A stretch of 64,000 nucleotides of DNA from Desulfobacterales bacterium (GCA_963668645.2 CAXXWC010000021.1:736001-800000), one strand, 5' to 3'; shown: positions 54,762-63,855, counted from the first letter of the stretch. The notes: generated from the letters alone by a model not told the origin. Numbers and translations are program-made.

Positions 54762-54956
54762 TCAAAAGGGAATTTCCATGCATTCGCTGTAGCTCAAATC
54801 GTCGCATCGCTTTAAAACGCCAGCTCCTAAACGTCGTAAGCAAATGCGCTGGCCAGTGCTCCGCACTCGAGCACGAAACCGGCACGTCAACCAGTCACCA
54901 GGCAACAACAGTTCCTCTAAATCGATCTCACTCGCTGGAAATTCGCCGTTGTCCAT
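54762..54956 (-). CDS. Hypothetical phage protein
   Basis: 64 aa ORF with an AGGGA RBS, directly upstream of rep. Confidence 0.45.
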   Translation of the reverse strand: MDNGEFPASEIDLEELLLPGDWLTCRFRARVRSTGQRICLRRLGAGVLKRCDDLSYSECMEIPF

Positions 54957-54988
54957 AAAATCCCTGCCTCAAGAGAAAAGAATAAAGA

Positions 54989-55476
54989 CGAGGAGGGGGG
55001 GCCAGTCCCCCCGGCGACAACCTGGGGCTTCGAAATTTCTCCGGGCGCCAGATTTGCATCCCATATCTATCGGGTCCACGACTCCCTGCACCGGGAACTG
55101 GCCCCCCCTCCTCGCGTGCGCTCCACACGTCAAAGTCCGTAATAGGTTCAAGCAAATCAGTCGACCGCAGGCTCCGCTAAGCCAGGGCCGCGCCAAGGCT
55201 TCCGGTCGTTCCTCCCTACAGCCTTGTCACGGCCCCGGCATCGCTGCGCCTGAGAGTCCGCTTTCTGGTCCCGTCTTTTGCTTCGATCCGGGACGCTTTT
55301 TCCCTTCCCCTGGGGACCAGGTGAAGGGGAAAGGGAAAAAGCTGCCATTTTTTTCCATTGCAATTGAGCCTGCCGGGCGCGGCCGCGTTGCTGGCCGGTG
55401 TCATTATTAGTATCCCTCCTTTCTTTTTTCACCGCATTCGAGCCTACCGGACGCGGTCGCGTTGCTGACCGGTGTC
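54989..55476. other. Hairpin-rich phage intergenic region (candidate origin / packaging signal)
   Basis: 18-bp perfect inverted repeat 54989-55006/55097-55114, a hairpin at 55296-55341, and 37-bp direct repeats 55366-55402/55440-55476. Confidence 0.65.
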
Positions 55477-55545
55477 TGCTCTTGGCCAATCGCCGCCAGA
55501 GGCCCGGGGGATTCATCGTCTGCCAGGTCGATTCCGAAATTTTCC

Positions 55546-56031
55546 CTAAATACATGGTGGGTCTGGTAACGGCATCCAGTGAGTGACGGGATAATCATCA
55601 GCAGATATCCAACCCACCGGAGCGTAGGCGAAAACCCACCCACTCGGTCGAGCTCGCGTACTACCCAAATACTCGCCATACTCTTCCGGATTTTTATCTT
55701 TTACAGATATCCACTGATGCAACGGCATCCAGACTTTATCTTCGGCTCTATCCTGCTGAGGCTCCTCGACGGCCTTGTCGACCCGAGACGACCGGACCTG
55801 ATAGGACAAACTCCTGGTTAAGAGGCTGACAGGGCCGTCACAGTAAAACCACCTGTAGGACTCATACCGCTCTCTACGAAGGTGACCGTACATGATAGCT
55901 GTCACATGCGCATGACACCATGCACGGACGAGATCGCACGCATGGTCGTAGGGGCAGATGAAGACAACGCGACCAAGGCAATCGACGGGGTAAAACTGAT
56001 AATCACTTTTAGCCCACGACATGATTAACAC
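55546..56031 (-). CDS. Phage protein with C-terminal DUF551-like domain
   Basis: WISVKDKNP...VTHWMPLPDPP. Start uncertain. Confidence 0.6.
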   Translation of the reverse strand: MLIMSWAKSDYQFYPVDCLGRVVFICPYDHACDLVRAWCHAHVTAIMYGHLRRERYESYRWFYCDGPVSLLTRSLSYQVRSSRVDKAVEEPQQDRAEDKVWMPLHQWISVKDKNPEEYGEYLGSTRARPSGWVFAYAPVGWISADDYPVTHWMPLPDPPCI

Positions 56032-56058
56032 CTCCCAAGTTTGACAACCCGGTGTCTA

Positions 56059-56271
56059 TTACTGTCTGAAATACAAGCCTCTGTGCAGAGCCTCCTGAGC
56101 CTGCTTGTAGCTGCGGTAATACCCGCTTTCTCGGCTGTACGGCCCGCATTTTGGGCACAAGAAGCCGAGGTAATAGCCGGCTGCCGAACGTTGGACTCCA
56201 ATGGTCAGAACGGTCCCGCACTCGGAACAAATGGTTTCGGTGTCGTTGATGCACTCTCCTGGCATGGTCAT
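56059..56271 (-). CDS. Small Zn-ribbon phage protein
   Basis: CSEC...SAAGYYLG..CPKCGPYSRES. Confidence 0.65.
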   Translation of the reverse strand: MTMPGECINDTETICSECGTVLTIGVQRSAAGYYLGFLCPKCGPYSRESGYYRSYKQAQEALHRGLYFRQ

Positions 56272-56464
56272 AGTACGGCTTCTAAGGGTACTCGAAATGT
56301 CAGAACTATATGTAATAACAACAAAATTTGTAGTTTTAGCCTACATGATTTGTTGATTTTAATCACACGCCCGGGGATGGGGGAGAGGGCGCCGCCCAAT
56401 GGCCGTCTGGAAGGCCTTTTATCGGTCTGAAAGCAATAGCTGCCGCCAGGAATGGTCAGTAAAA

Positions 56465-56779
56465 CTACTTCGGGTCCCTATACTCAAGATTTTCTCCAAA
56501 TGCCCACAGAAGGGCGTCTCTGATTGCCATCTGTTTAGCTTCTTTGGAATGACCGTAGGGACCGTAACCTATCTCATATCTCCTCATCTCATTGGTCTGC
56601 GGGTCTCTGAGCATTAAACAGCTTTGCCAGCCTTCGATGTCTCTGAAAATGGTTATGTAGGGAGTGAAATCCTGTTGAATAAGCCACTGTCTGCCACATG
56701 CACATCGTAACGTTGATCCCGGAGATACTTCCGATTTTCGTTTGCATGTCGGGCATTCAAAAATCATTTCATCCCCCAT
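56465..56779 (-). CDS. Cys-motif phage hypothetical protein
   Basis: CPTC...CACG. TAATG overlap with the upstream small ORF. Confidence 0.6.
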   Translation of the reverse strand: MGDEMIFECPTCKRKSEVSPGSTLRCACGRQWLIQQDFTPYITIFRDIEGWQSCLMLRDPQTNEMRRYEIGYGPYGHSKEAKQMAIRDALLWAFGENLEYRDPK

Positions 56780-56913
56780 TAGAATTTCTTGATAATCTTG
56801 TCCAGATAGAGCCCGGCGGTAACGCACAAGACAATTGTAACCAAGACTACACCTATTGCGTACAGCGGGGACACGAATGCAGCCAGATCGAAGTCAGCAG
56901 GTAAGTAGAACAT
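56779..56913 (-). CDS. 44-aa coat-like single-TM protein
   Basis: Manual translation MFYLPADFDLAAFVSPLYAIGVVLVTIVLCVTAGLYLDKIIKKF. TGATG and TAATG coupling on both sides. Confidence 0.72.
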   Translation of the reverse strand: MFYLPADFDLAAFVSPLYAIGVVLVTIVLCVTAGLYLDKIIKKF

Positions 56914-57317
56914 CAGCGCCAGTTTAACCCCCATATAAAGGCAGTAATAGCCAAGATCCCAACAAAAAAGCTTGCCAATAGCGATAACTGATCCATCAGG
57001 TTTTTTTCACTTGATTCTGTGGCATCCAATTTGATCGAGGATATGTAAGGATCGTTTGTAATCTGTATCAAGCTGATTCGCTTCTGACCGTCCAAGGCCT
57101 CCCTTGCCAGATCCCGCAGGGGGCTACTGCTATTGGAATAGGCGATTGTCGCGCCTTGATAGATGATCGAGCCGTTTACGTCTTCCAGATCGAGCAACAA
57201 GGACCCGTCTTCATGGGTGGTCATGTCGTGAATATAGATATTTGAATAGTCCGATGAGAAAACCTCGGGGGCCAGCATGATCAGAATGAAAATCGTTGTC
57301 GTAATCACTCTACGCAT
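56913..57317 (-). CDS. Phage membrane protein (signal peptide plus C-terminal TM)
   Basis: 134 aa with a hydrophobic N-terminus and C-terminal LLASFFVGILAITAFIWGL. Confidence 0.72.
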   Translation of the reverse strand: MRRVITTTIFILIMLAPEVFSSDYSNIYIHDMTTHEDGSLLLDLEDVNGSIIYQGATIAYSNSSSPLRDLAREALDGQKRISLIQITNDPYISSIKLDATESSEKNLMDQLSLLASFFVGILAITAFIWGLNWR

Positions 57318-57432
57318 GATTGCCGAAATCCCTTAAAACTCGAATGATAATGCCAATGGACAGCCCAACCAGGTAGCAGACGATTACCAGGGAGGCCCCG
57401 AAACCGAAATATTCAAAGCTGAATTCAAACAT
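57310..57432 (-). CDS. 40-aa minor coat-like protein (pVII/pIX-like)
   Basis: Manual translation MFEFSFEYFGFGASLVIVCYLVGLSIGIIIRVLRDFGNHA. Fills the gap and overlaps the next start. Confidence 0.7.
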   Translation of the reverse strand: MFEFSFEYFGFGASLVIVCYLVGLSIGIIIRVLRDFGNHA

Positions 57433-57435
57433 TGT

Positions 57436-57789
57436 TTAAGACCTTATTTCTACCTTTATAGGTCCGTCGCCATGATGTCTTCTAAAACCCTCTATTTCAT
57501 AATCTGCAAGACTTTCTTCGTATCTTCTTTTCATAATGGGTTCATCGAATTTGCCTTTGCTATACATGTAAGCCTTGAAAGCATTTCGGGCTTCTCTTTC
57601 CTCGGGGATTCTTGTCAAAATCCGATATATCCAAGTAACCGCCACGACAATTATCTCAAGAGAAAGAATGAACGTTACAACGATCATCAAGTCATTCGAC
57701 ACAAAGCCGGATAGCAGGTTGTCAACAACATCCCACACCGCATCCTGAAGCATTTCCGCCGCAGTTCTTGTGCTGGTAAAGTCGGCCAT
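57436..57789 (-). CDS. Single-TM phage protein
   Basis: From MADFTSTR (AAGG RBS): acidic N-terminus, TM, charged tail. Confidence 0.65.
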   Translation of the reverse strand: MADFTSTRTAAEMLQDAVWDVVDNLLSGFVSNDLMIVVTFILSLEIIVVAVTWIYRILTRIPEEREARNAFKAYMYSKGKFDEPIMKRRYEESLADYEIEGFRRHHGDGPIKVEIRS

Positions 57790-57804
57790 GGTATTACCTT
57801 GGTA

Positions 57805-57875
57805 AGGGAAGGGGGAGTGCGCCCCCTTCCCTGGTTTCACAGTGGCGGGAGGGGTGCCCTGTGGCATCCCTCCCG
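57805..57875. terminator. Tandem GC-rich hairpins after the major coat candidate
   Basis: AGGGAAGGGGG/CCCCCTTCCCT (57805-57832) and CGGGAGGGGTGCC/GGCATCCCTCCCG (57846-57875). No clear U-tract. Confidence 0.55.
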
Positions 57876-57880
57876 GTTGA

Positions 57881-58033
57881 TTAGCCGCGGAACCGGGGCA
57901 GCATGCGCAGCACGTAAGCTCCGCCAGCCATGGCCAGCCGAATGGTCAGGAAGGTGATCACCAGGGCGATAACGGCATCACCCAAGGAATCGATGGAAGC
58001 GGCCGCCAAAACATCGGTAAGGGACATGGTCAT
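57881..58033 (-). CDS. Major coat protein candidate (pVIII-like, 50 aa)
   Basis: MTMSLTDVLAAASIDSLGDAVIALVITFLTIRLAMAGGAYVLRMLPRFRG: acidic N-terminus, hydrophobic core, basic C-terminus. Strong AAGGAGA RBS and downstream hairpins. Confidence 0.8.
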   Translation of the reverse strand: MTMSLTDVLAAASIDSLGDAVIALVITFLTIRLAMAGGAYVLRMLPRFRG

Positions 58034-58066
58034 GACAAATTCTCCTTTTTGATTGATGATGGTTGG

Positions 58067-58201
58067 TTAGCTCAGGATTTTAAGCAGCAGTCCCACACCC
58101 AAAATGATCATGGCTATGGTAATGACCCCTGCTGCCGCCATGTTCACATCTGCCGTAACTCCGGTAAACATCGCGGAGCTAATTAAAGGTGTCCACTCCA
58201 T
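58067..58201 (-). CDS. 44-aa coat-like single-TM protein
   Basis: Manual translation MEWTPLISSAMFTGVTADVNMAAAGVITIAMIILGVGLLLKILS. GGGGGTG RBS overlaps the secretin end. Confidence 0.75.
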   Translation of the reverse strand: MEWTPLISSAMFTGVTADVNMAAAGVITIAMIILGVGLLLKILS

Positions 58202-58205
58202 TGCA

Positions 58206-59480
58206 TCACCCCCTTTCTATGTGGACGGAAACAATCGAGGCCCGCAGAACTATCGACAGATGTAAGATGGAAGATTCTAAAGACTCGCTCCCGATCTGCG
58301 GCTTTATAAGTGTATGACTCGCCCGGCTGACGCCTTGATATTTCAAACCGCCAACGATGACGATTTCCCCGGGCGTCACGCCTATGGTTGATTTTATCGA
58401 TCGTACAGAAGTAACCGGCCTCGATATCTGCTGGTCCGCCGGTCCCACCTGCAGGAAGTCCTTGACGTTCTGAAGACGGCAATCAAAGCTGATGGCAATA
58501 ATTCCCGGATGAACAATTGGCGTCACGGTCAGGACCAGACCCGAGGATACAGAGGCAAAGGTATAGGCTTGAACGTTCTCCGCGTTATCGGACAAGGAGG
58601 TTATTTGAATAGAATCGACGTATGGAATCTTATCCGAAATATCCAACACCGCCTGGTGGCCGTTGATGGTCGACAGCCGGGCGTTTTGAATGATTCGATA
58701 ATGCCCCTTGTCCTGGAAATACTTGATGGCCGCCTGAAGGTCGACATTGTGCCCTTGCAGCTTGAGCAAGAATCCCCCATCGGTGAGCCCTGCCACCTGG
58801 GCCAGGTCTTTCAACCCGATGGCCCCCATGGAGGCCGCCAGGGTCTTTAAGTCTATGCCGCTTTCAATTGATTCGGTCTCGTCAGTCTCGATTATCACCA
58901 CGTCCATGACCACGAAGTTCAGCGTGTGAGCAGCGGCGAAATAGTCCTTGATCCGCATGTAGGTGATGTAATCGGACTCGAACACCACCCGGGACGTGGA
59001 CGCATCGTAAAAAGGATTCTCGACGCCGAAGGACTGTACAAGGGCTATGACGTTCTCTTTGGTCTCGGGGAAAAGCACCAGCACTGATACCGGCAGCTTT
59101 TCCCGGATTGAAAGGGTGTTGTTGGAAAAATAGAAGTGCAGGCCATGGCTTTCCTGAATCCCCTTTAAAAGCGGCTTTATGTCTCCGCTGTACTTGGGCA
59201 CGGTGATTTCGGTTTCCGGAGATATGTTTGCAATGATGTTGATGCCGGCAGCAGTGAGCACGCTAATGAAATCGCGTAGCTTAAGGGTGTTGTGAACGTC
59301 TATGTCTACTTGCCGGTCCGGAATCCTGGCAAGGTAATCCTCAATATGGACAATCTCGCTTATGGTAAAAGTCTTCTCGGTAAACTCCATGGGCTCAAAA
59401 GGCAGTTTCGGCATGGACTTTTCAGGCAAGGCACAGCCCGCAAGAATCAAGGTCAGTAGCATGATTTTTTTCAATTCCAT
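58206..59480 (-). CDS. Phage secretin (pIV/GspD-like) with lipoprotein signal
   Basis: Lipobox LAGC. Secretin motifs STINGHQA...KIPY, SGLVLTVTP, GEIVIVGGL. Confidence 0.85.
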   Translation of the reverse strand: MELKKIMLLTLILAGCALPEKSMPKLPFEPMEFTEKTFTISEIVHIEDYLARIPDRQVDIDVHNTLKLRDFISVLTAAGINIIANISPETEITVPKYSGDIKPLLKGIQESHGLHFYFSNNTLSIREKLPVSVLVLFPETKENVIALVQSFGVENPFYDASTSRVVFESDYITYMRIKDYFAAAHTLNFVVMDVVIIETDETESIESGIDLKTLAASMGAIGLKDLAQVAGLTDGGFLLKLQGHNVDLQAAIKYFQDKGHYRIIQNARLSTINGHQAVLDISDKIPYVDSIQITSLSDNAENVQAYTFASVSSGLVLTVTPIVHPGIIAISFDCRLQNVKDFLQVGPADQQISRPVTSVRSIKSTIGVTPGEIVIVGGLKYQGVSRASHTLIKPQIGSESLESSILHLSIVLRASIVSVHIERG

Positions 59481-59522
59481 AATCGGCTCCCGTTCGGCGG
59501 CAACATGGCCGCCGGGCTTCGC

Positions 59523-60455
59523 CTACGGCCGGCCTTGTTGCCGCCGAACGATGTTCCCTGTTTCCATGTTTCTTAAATATTCAATACCGTTGACAGTGGC
59601 AATGAGTTGGTAAACTTCCTTTTCTTCCTCTTTCGCCGGCGAAGCTTTTTCCCTTGCAATCTGCGGAACGGGCGGGTTGTCCTTGGCCATTGACACTCTT
59701 TTTTCATTCTTGATTTGTTCCGTTCTGGCCTGGGCCGCTTCGATCGGGTTTCCTCCGTTTAGGAAACCGGATTTGCTTGCAAAGTAAAGGCTGATGGCGA
59801 TCATAAGTGGAATCGCAATAAAAATCGGCTTCTTGAAAACGTTCATAGTCTCTAAAAGCCCCTCTTCCTTAATGTCTTTATTGATGTAGGACTTGTAACA
59901 CTGATAAACAGCCGGATCGTAGTTATGGAAACGGGTCATGATGGGAGTGCTCAGGGTGTCGTCTTCCAGATAGGCCCGCATCATGAACTTTTTCTCTCCC
60001 ATCCTTCCGAACATATTCAGCTTCTTAAACATGTACGTGAAGGTGGCCAGCTCCCGGACGGTCTTTTCACACTTGCTTATATTCTGGGTGATCAAGAGTA
60101 GATCGTAGCCGGCCTTTCGATGCTCGGATGCCCAGATGCCGAAATTTTTGTTTTCCGACGTGTTCCAGTCCCGGGCATGATACCATTTATGAATCTCATC
60201 TATATTGATCACCGATCCGGGTTCCACATCTTCCCAAAAGCTACGGACTTTGCGCGGGGGGATATAGACTAATTGTTCATGCAGCACGTCCAATGGAACT
60301 TGCGTATATTGGGAAATCCATTCACGGCATTGAGGATCATCAAATCCGTCCATGTTCGTGTAGATCCTCCGGCCTGTACGTAAAAGTTCCATCATCTTCT
60401 TGACGGCATAATAGGATTTCCCGCAGCCGGTTCCGCCTATGTAGAAAATGATCAT
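59523..60455 (-). CDS. Inovirus morphogenesis ATPase pI (Zot-like)
   Basis: GGTGCGKS, YTN, IDE, HRKAGYDLLLITQ, YKSY, one TM. ATGA overlap with pVI. Confidence 0.93.
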   Translation of the reverse strand: MIIFYIGGTGCGKSYYAVKKMMELLRTGRRIYTNMDGFDDPQCREWISQYTQVPLDVLHEQLVYIPPRKVRSFWEDVEPGSVINIDEIHKWYHARDWNTSENKNFGIWASEHRKAGYDLLLITQNISKCEKTVRELATFTYMFKKLNMFGRMGEKKFMMRAYLEDDTLSTPIMTRFHNYDPAVYQCYKSYINKDIKEEGLLETMNVFKKPIFIAIPLMIAISLYFASKSGFLNGGNPIEAAQARTEQIKNEKRVSMAKDNPPVPQIAREKASPAKEEEKEVYQLIATVNGIEYLRNMETGNIVRRQQGRP

Positions 60456-60811
60456 ATCCGCGTCAGGACCCCTGGAATCAAATTCAAAGTTACTCGAATC
60501 ATGATGGCCGCCGCAATCATGGAAAGACATTGGGGCAATCCTATTTGATGCATCATCCAGATTACCTCAGGGGGAAGGTTTGCCCATTGCGCAAAATCGA
60601 TTGCCGTGCTTCCAACAAAGGAGATTCCATTGACGATGCTTTCTACGAGCAAGAGAAAGATAGAGTAAATCGTGTAAAGCATTTTTCCCAGAAGATATAT
60701 GACCTGAGCTATGAACCAGTCAGCAAGATCCTTTACCTGATTGAAGAACTGATCCAGGAATGAATGGATCTTATCGAGCATCTGGCTAAAATCGAAGTTT
60801 ATCCAATCCAT
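60452..60811 (-). CDS. Minor coat protein pVI-like (DUF2523-like)
   Basis: Hydrophobic 119 aa protein between pIII and pI; GLPQCLSMIAAA.IR..L.LIP. Confidence 0.82.
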   Translation of the reverse strand: MDWINFDFSQMLDKIHSFLDQFFNQVKDLADWFIAQVIYLLGKMLYTIYSIFLLLVESIVNGISFVGSTAIDFAQWANLPPEVIWMMHQIGLPQCLSMIAAAIMIRVTLNLIPGVLTRI

Positions 60812-60814
60812 GAA

Positions 60815-62425
60815 TCAACCCTTTTTCAGTAATATGATCCGAATGCAGAAAAATCCGCACACCACCATCAAAATGGTTTTCATGATTTGAAAGCTATCGG
60901 CATAGGCTGTCATGTCAATGGTTGCTTTTTGCTGGCTTTCGTTGCCCCATTTCCCGATATTTACTTCTATTATTGAATCCGAACTCGATGGAAGATTTTT
61001 AAAATATTCAAGCTGAGCGCTTAAGAAAGATGAACCTTTAAGATTTTCAATGAATTCTTCGAATCGTTCACTATAAGACGTTCCAAGTTCGTCCAGCTTG
61101 GTTTGGATTTCTAAATCCTCCGATTGACTGTAATCAGTTCCTTCATATTCTCCGGTTGATCCGTGTTCGAATGATCCATCCGGTTTTTCCAACTCATCCT
61201 TGATATCTTCAAGAAGCTTGGATTGATTATCTAATTTCGTATTTCTTGTTTGATCCAAGGTAAGCGACAAGTCCGCTTTTTTATTTGACGTTTGCAGCTC
61301 ATTTTTGATCACCCCTTGATTGTCTGCTACTGCCGCTGTATTATTCGTGATGTTCTGTATCTCTTGATTTAGAACACCTTGGTTGTTTGCAATTGCTTGT
61401 GTATTGTTTGCAATGGTTCTTTGCTCGGTCAACTGCAATTGCTGGTTGTTCGTAATTCCTACCTGGTTTTCTATCGCTTTGCGCTGCGCCTGCAAAAGCA
61501 GATCCTGATTGCTGGTGCCGGACGCTGTGTTTTCTGCAATCTTCTCCAGTAACTGGCCATCCGTATCGCCTTCTACCGGCTGCTGCCCTATCGTCGGGTA
61601 TCCGCCGTTGTCTGGCTGACCGCCACTCGGTGATCCCGAACCCGAGCCCGAGCCCCCAGTCGTCGACCCTCCGGTTGACCCTGTACCTCCGGTTGTTGAT
61701 CCTCCGGATGAACCACCCCAGGAAAAGCCTTTTGTTACACCTTGATTTGCACTGCCAGACGAGGACCAACTTTGATAACTTGCTGCCGATTGCCAGTCTT
61801 GACCTATCATTATATGTACTTGATAATCTTCTGGCCAATTGTTGGAACCTACCGTGAATTTATCTCCTTTATCTGTTTCGAGGCCATAGGCGATAACCTC
61901 CCCTTCACCATCTTTAATTTTTACAAATGGCCGCCATTGATATTCATCAGGGTCATCGGGGTAAAAATCGTAATCATCCGGTATTCCATCTTGATCTAAG
62001 TCCGGCACGACTTGCGGCTCGTAAATATCGTTAATTCCATCTCCATCCTCATCTATACAGTCTTCACCTTCTGTACAGCTCATCCACGCAGGCGGCGCTG
62101 AATATTCCCCGCCCATATTCTCAAGACACACGCAAGATTCTCCATCACAATGGAGAAAGTCTGTCCCCTCACATCTCGGGTTGTGCGGTGTTTCAGTACT
62201 CGGTGGCGTAGTTGTTCTAATCACATAGCAATACCCATATGCGGTGCAGTAATCATAACAAATTGTTTCATCATGCGTCGCGCAGTTATTACTTACACAA
62301 CTACCGTCCTCATATTCCCAGCGTACATATCTCCACCCGCAGGTTGCTTCCGTTGACGGCACTTTTATCATGCAGATAACCGAAACGACCCATAACCACC
62401 ACATCATGGCGACTACTTTTTTCAT
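60815..62425 (-). CDS. Adsorption protein pIII-like
   Basis: Signal peptide from MKKVV, Cys-rich N-domain, DxDxDG motifs, Gly/Ser linker, C-terminal TM plus KK. Confidence 0.85.
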   Translation of the reverse strand: MKKVVAMMWWLWVVSVICMIKVPSTEATCGWRYVRWEYEDGSCVSNNCATHDETICYDYCTAYGYCYVIRTTTPPSTETPHNPRCEGTDFLHCDGESCVCLENMGGEYSAPPAWMSCTEGEDCIDEDGDGINDIYEPQVVPDLDQDGIPDDYDFYPDDPDEYQWRPFVKIKDGEGEVIAYGLETDKGDKFTVGSNNWPEDYQVHIMIGQDWQSAASYQSWSSSGSANQGVTKGFSWGGSSGGSTTGGTGSTGGSTTGGSGSGSGSPSGGQPDNGGYPTIGQQPVEGDTDGQLLEKIAENTASGTSNQDLLLQAQRKAIENQVGITNNQQLQLTEQRTIANNTQAIANNQGVLNQEIQNITNNTAAVADNQGVIKNELQTSNKKADLSLTLDQTRNTKLDNQSKLLEDIKDELEKPDGSFEHGSTGEYEGTDYSQSEDLEIQTKLDELGTSYSERFEEFIENLKGSSFLSAQLEYFKNLPSSSDSIIEVNIGKWGNESQQKATIDMTAYADSFQIMKTILMVVCGFFCIRIILLKKG

Positions 62426-62489
62426 CCCGAAGACCTTCCCGAAGAAGAAAGACCGAATCGCCGGGGAGATGCGATCCGGTCCGGATTCG

Positions 62490-62762
62490 TCAATCTCGCG
62501 ACGTTGCCTCCCGAAGCTCGTAGCCTGAACTCTTCTCGGTCTGCCAGGGCTTGATGTAAAAGGGGATCTCCACTTCATCGCCAACTTGCCGGCCGTTTTC
62601 GGTCGATCTGATTGCTACTGGACTTCGTTTCCCTTCGCCCACCACGAAATAGGTATACACGGTGAACGGATCGAATTTTTTCCCGCCTTGCCTGGGGCGG
62701 ATCTGCCGCTTGGTGATACCCACAATAGTGCCTTGTAAGACCATAGGTGATAGTTCGCTCAT
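62490..62762 (-). CDS. Single-stranded DNA-binding protein pV-like
   Basis: 90 aa, beta-rich with aromatic and basic residues, GDEVEIPFYIKPW. Strong AAGGAGG RBS. Confidence 0.72.
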   Translation of the reverse strand: MSELSPMVLQGTIVGITKRQIRPRQGGKKFDPFTVYTYFVVGEGKRSPVAIRSTENGRQVGDEVEIPFYIKPWQTEKSSGYELREATSRD

Positions 62763-62789
62763 GATTTCCCTCCTTTGGTTGTGGTTCGG

Positions 62790-63074
62790 CTACGATAAAA
62801 GCCTTATGGCGAATTTCAGGGAGCTGGTCCGGCCGGATTCGAAACCCCTGTAATGGTCATCACGATATAGACAGGCCTTTGCCTTTCCCTCTTCGGCTTC
62901 GGCTAACTCCCTTTTCAGAACCTTTATGACCGTTTCCCGACTCAGCTTGATTACACTCCCGGCTTTCGCGGCAGCTTCAATGCTCTTTTTATTCTGTTTC
63001 AGGATTTCTTCTATTTCCTTACCCAGCTTGATTTCGTTCCCGGTGTTGGCGTTTGTGGTAGCTTCCATGGTCAT
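62790..63074 (-). CDS. Hypothetical phage protein
   Basis: From MTMEATT, with a GGGG RBS and ATGA overlap. Confidence 0.6.
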   Translation of the reverse strand: MTMEATTNANTGNEIKLGKEIEEILKQNKKSIEAAAKAGSVIKLSRETVIKVLKRELAEAEEGKAKACLYRDDHYRGFESGRTSSLKFAIRLLS

Positions 63075-63271
63075 TTCCCCCTTTTCATCTGGGTTTCCGG
63101 GAAGGGGTTCCCGTTCCCGGATTCTTTCGAAGTGGCCCCCACCAGACGCAGGGAGCCGCACAGGACATCATTCATGGTTATTTTCGGGGACTGACGTCCT
63201 GGAGAGGGGGAAGGGATTTCTTTGAATAGCGACAACTGCACGTGTTCAGGCTGGCTTGCGTCCATGGTCAT
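63071..63271 (-). CDS. Hypothetical phage protein
   Basis: From MTMDASQ, with a GGGG RBS. Its stop overlaps the next start. Confidence 0.4.
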   Translation of the reverse strand: MTMDASQPEHVQLSLFKEIPSPSPGRQSPKITMNDVLCGSLRLVGATSKESGNGNPFPETQMKRGK

Positions 63272-63414
63272 TTCCCCTAACATGAGATCGGCCACTCTCT
63301 TTTGGTTGCTATTTCAGGCGCTTTCGGATAGGAACAATTTGGATTTTTGGCCTCGTCTATCGTTATTTTTACAATCGTCATGTTTTTCCGCTCTATAAAT
63401 TACAATTATTGTTT

Positions 63415-63855
63415 ATGTCAACAAAAAAATTACATATAGCAAGTTTTACTGAGCGGCTTAATGTCTTGATATCCGAAATCAGTGGGGGCAATGTCACTGA
63501 ATTTGCAAAAAAATCAGGCATTAATCAGGCAACAATGCACAATTATGCAAAGGGGCGAATCCCCAGCGCTGAAGCCCTGAACAACATATGTAATAGGCTT
63601 GGGGTGAATATTAATTGGCTCTTTACAGGAAGAGGGCCGCTATATATCGCGGAACTCGGAAATCATGAAGATAACGAGCTGATTAATCGAATCACAAAGG
63701 ATCTCCGTGAGCTTCACGAGCTAAGCCCGAAATCTATCCATGAGATCAGCGTATATGTGGCGGGGATTCTTAAAGGCTTCAAGCTTGCCAGGTCAGAGCC
63801 TGAATCAAATATTAGGAACGGTCCTATAAAAAACGGAACCTATGATGCGGAATGA
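63415..63855 (+). CDS. Phage repressor, XRE/CI-type HTH
   Basis: FTERL...TEFAKKSGINQATMHNYAKGRIPSAEAL..IC..LGVNINWLFTG.G. Divergent from the phage operon. Confidence 0.88.
   Translation: MSTKKLHIASFTERLNVLISEISGGNVTEFAKKSGINQATMHNYAKGRIPSAEALNNICNRLGVNINWLFTGRGPLYIAELGNHEDNELINRITKDLRELHELSPKSIHEISVYVAGILKGFKLARSEPESNIRNGPIKNGTYDAE

Noticed and set aside
55366..55476. 37-bp repeat / 37-bp spacer / 37-bp repeat as a mini-CRISPR array
   Set aside because: Only two copies with four mismatches, similarity extends into the 'spacer', no typical repeat end and no cas genes. Kept as a structural repeat.
59523..60455. Zonula occludens toxin as a virulence factor
   Set aside because: Position between pVI and the secretin indicates the phage assembly ATPase.
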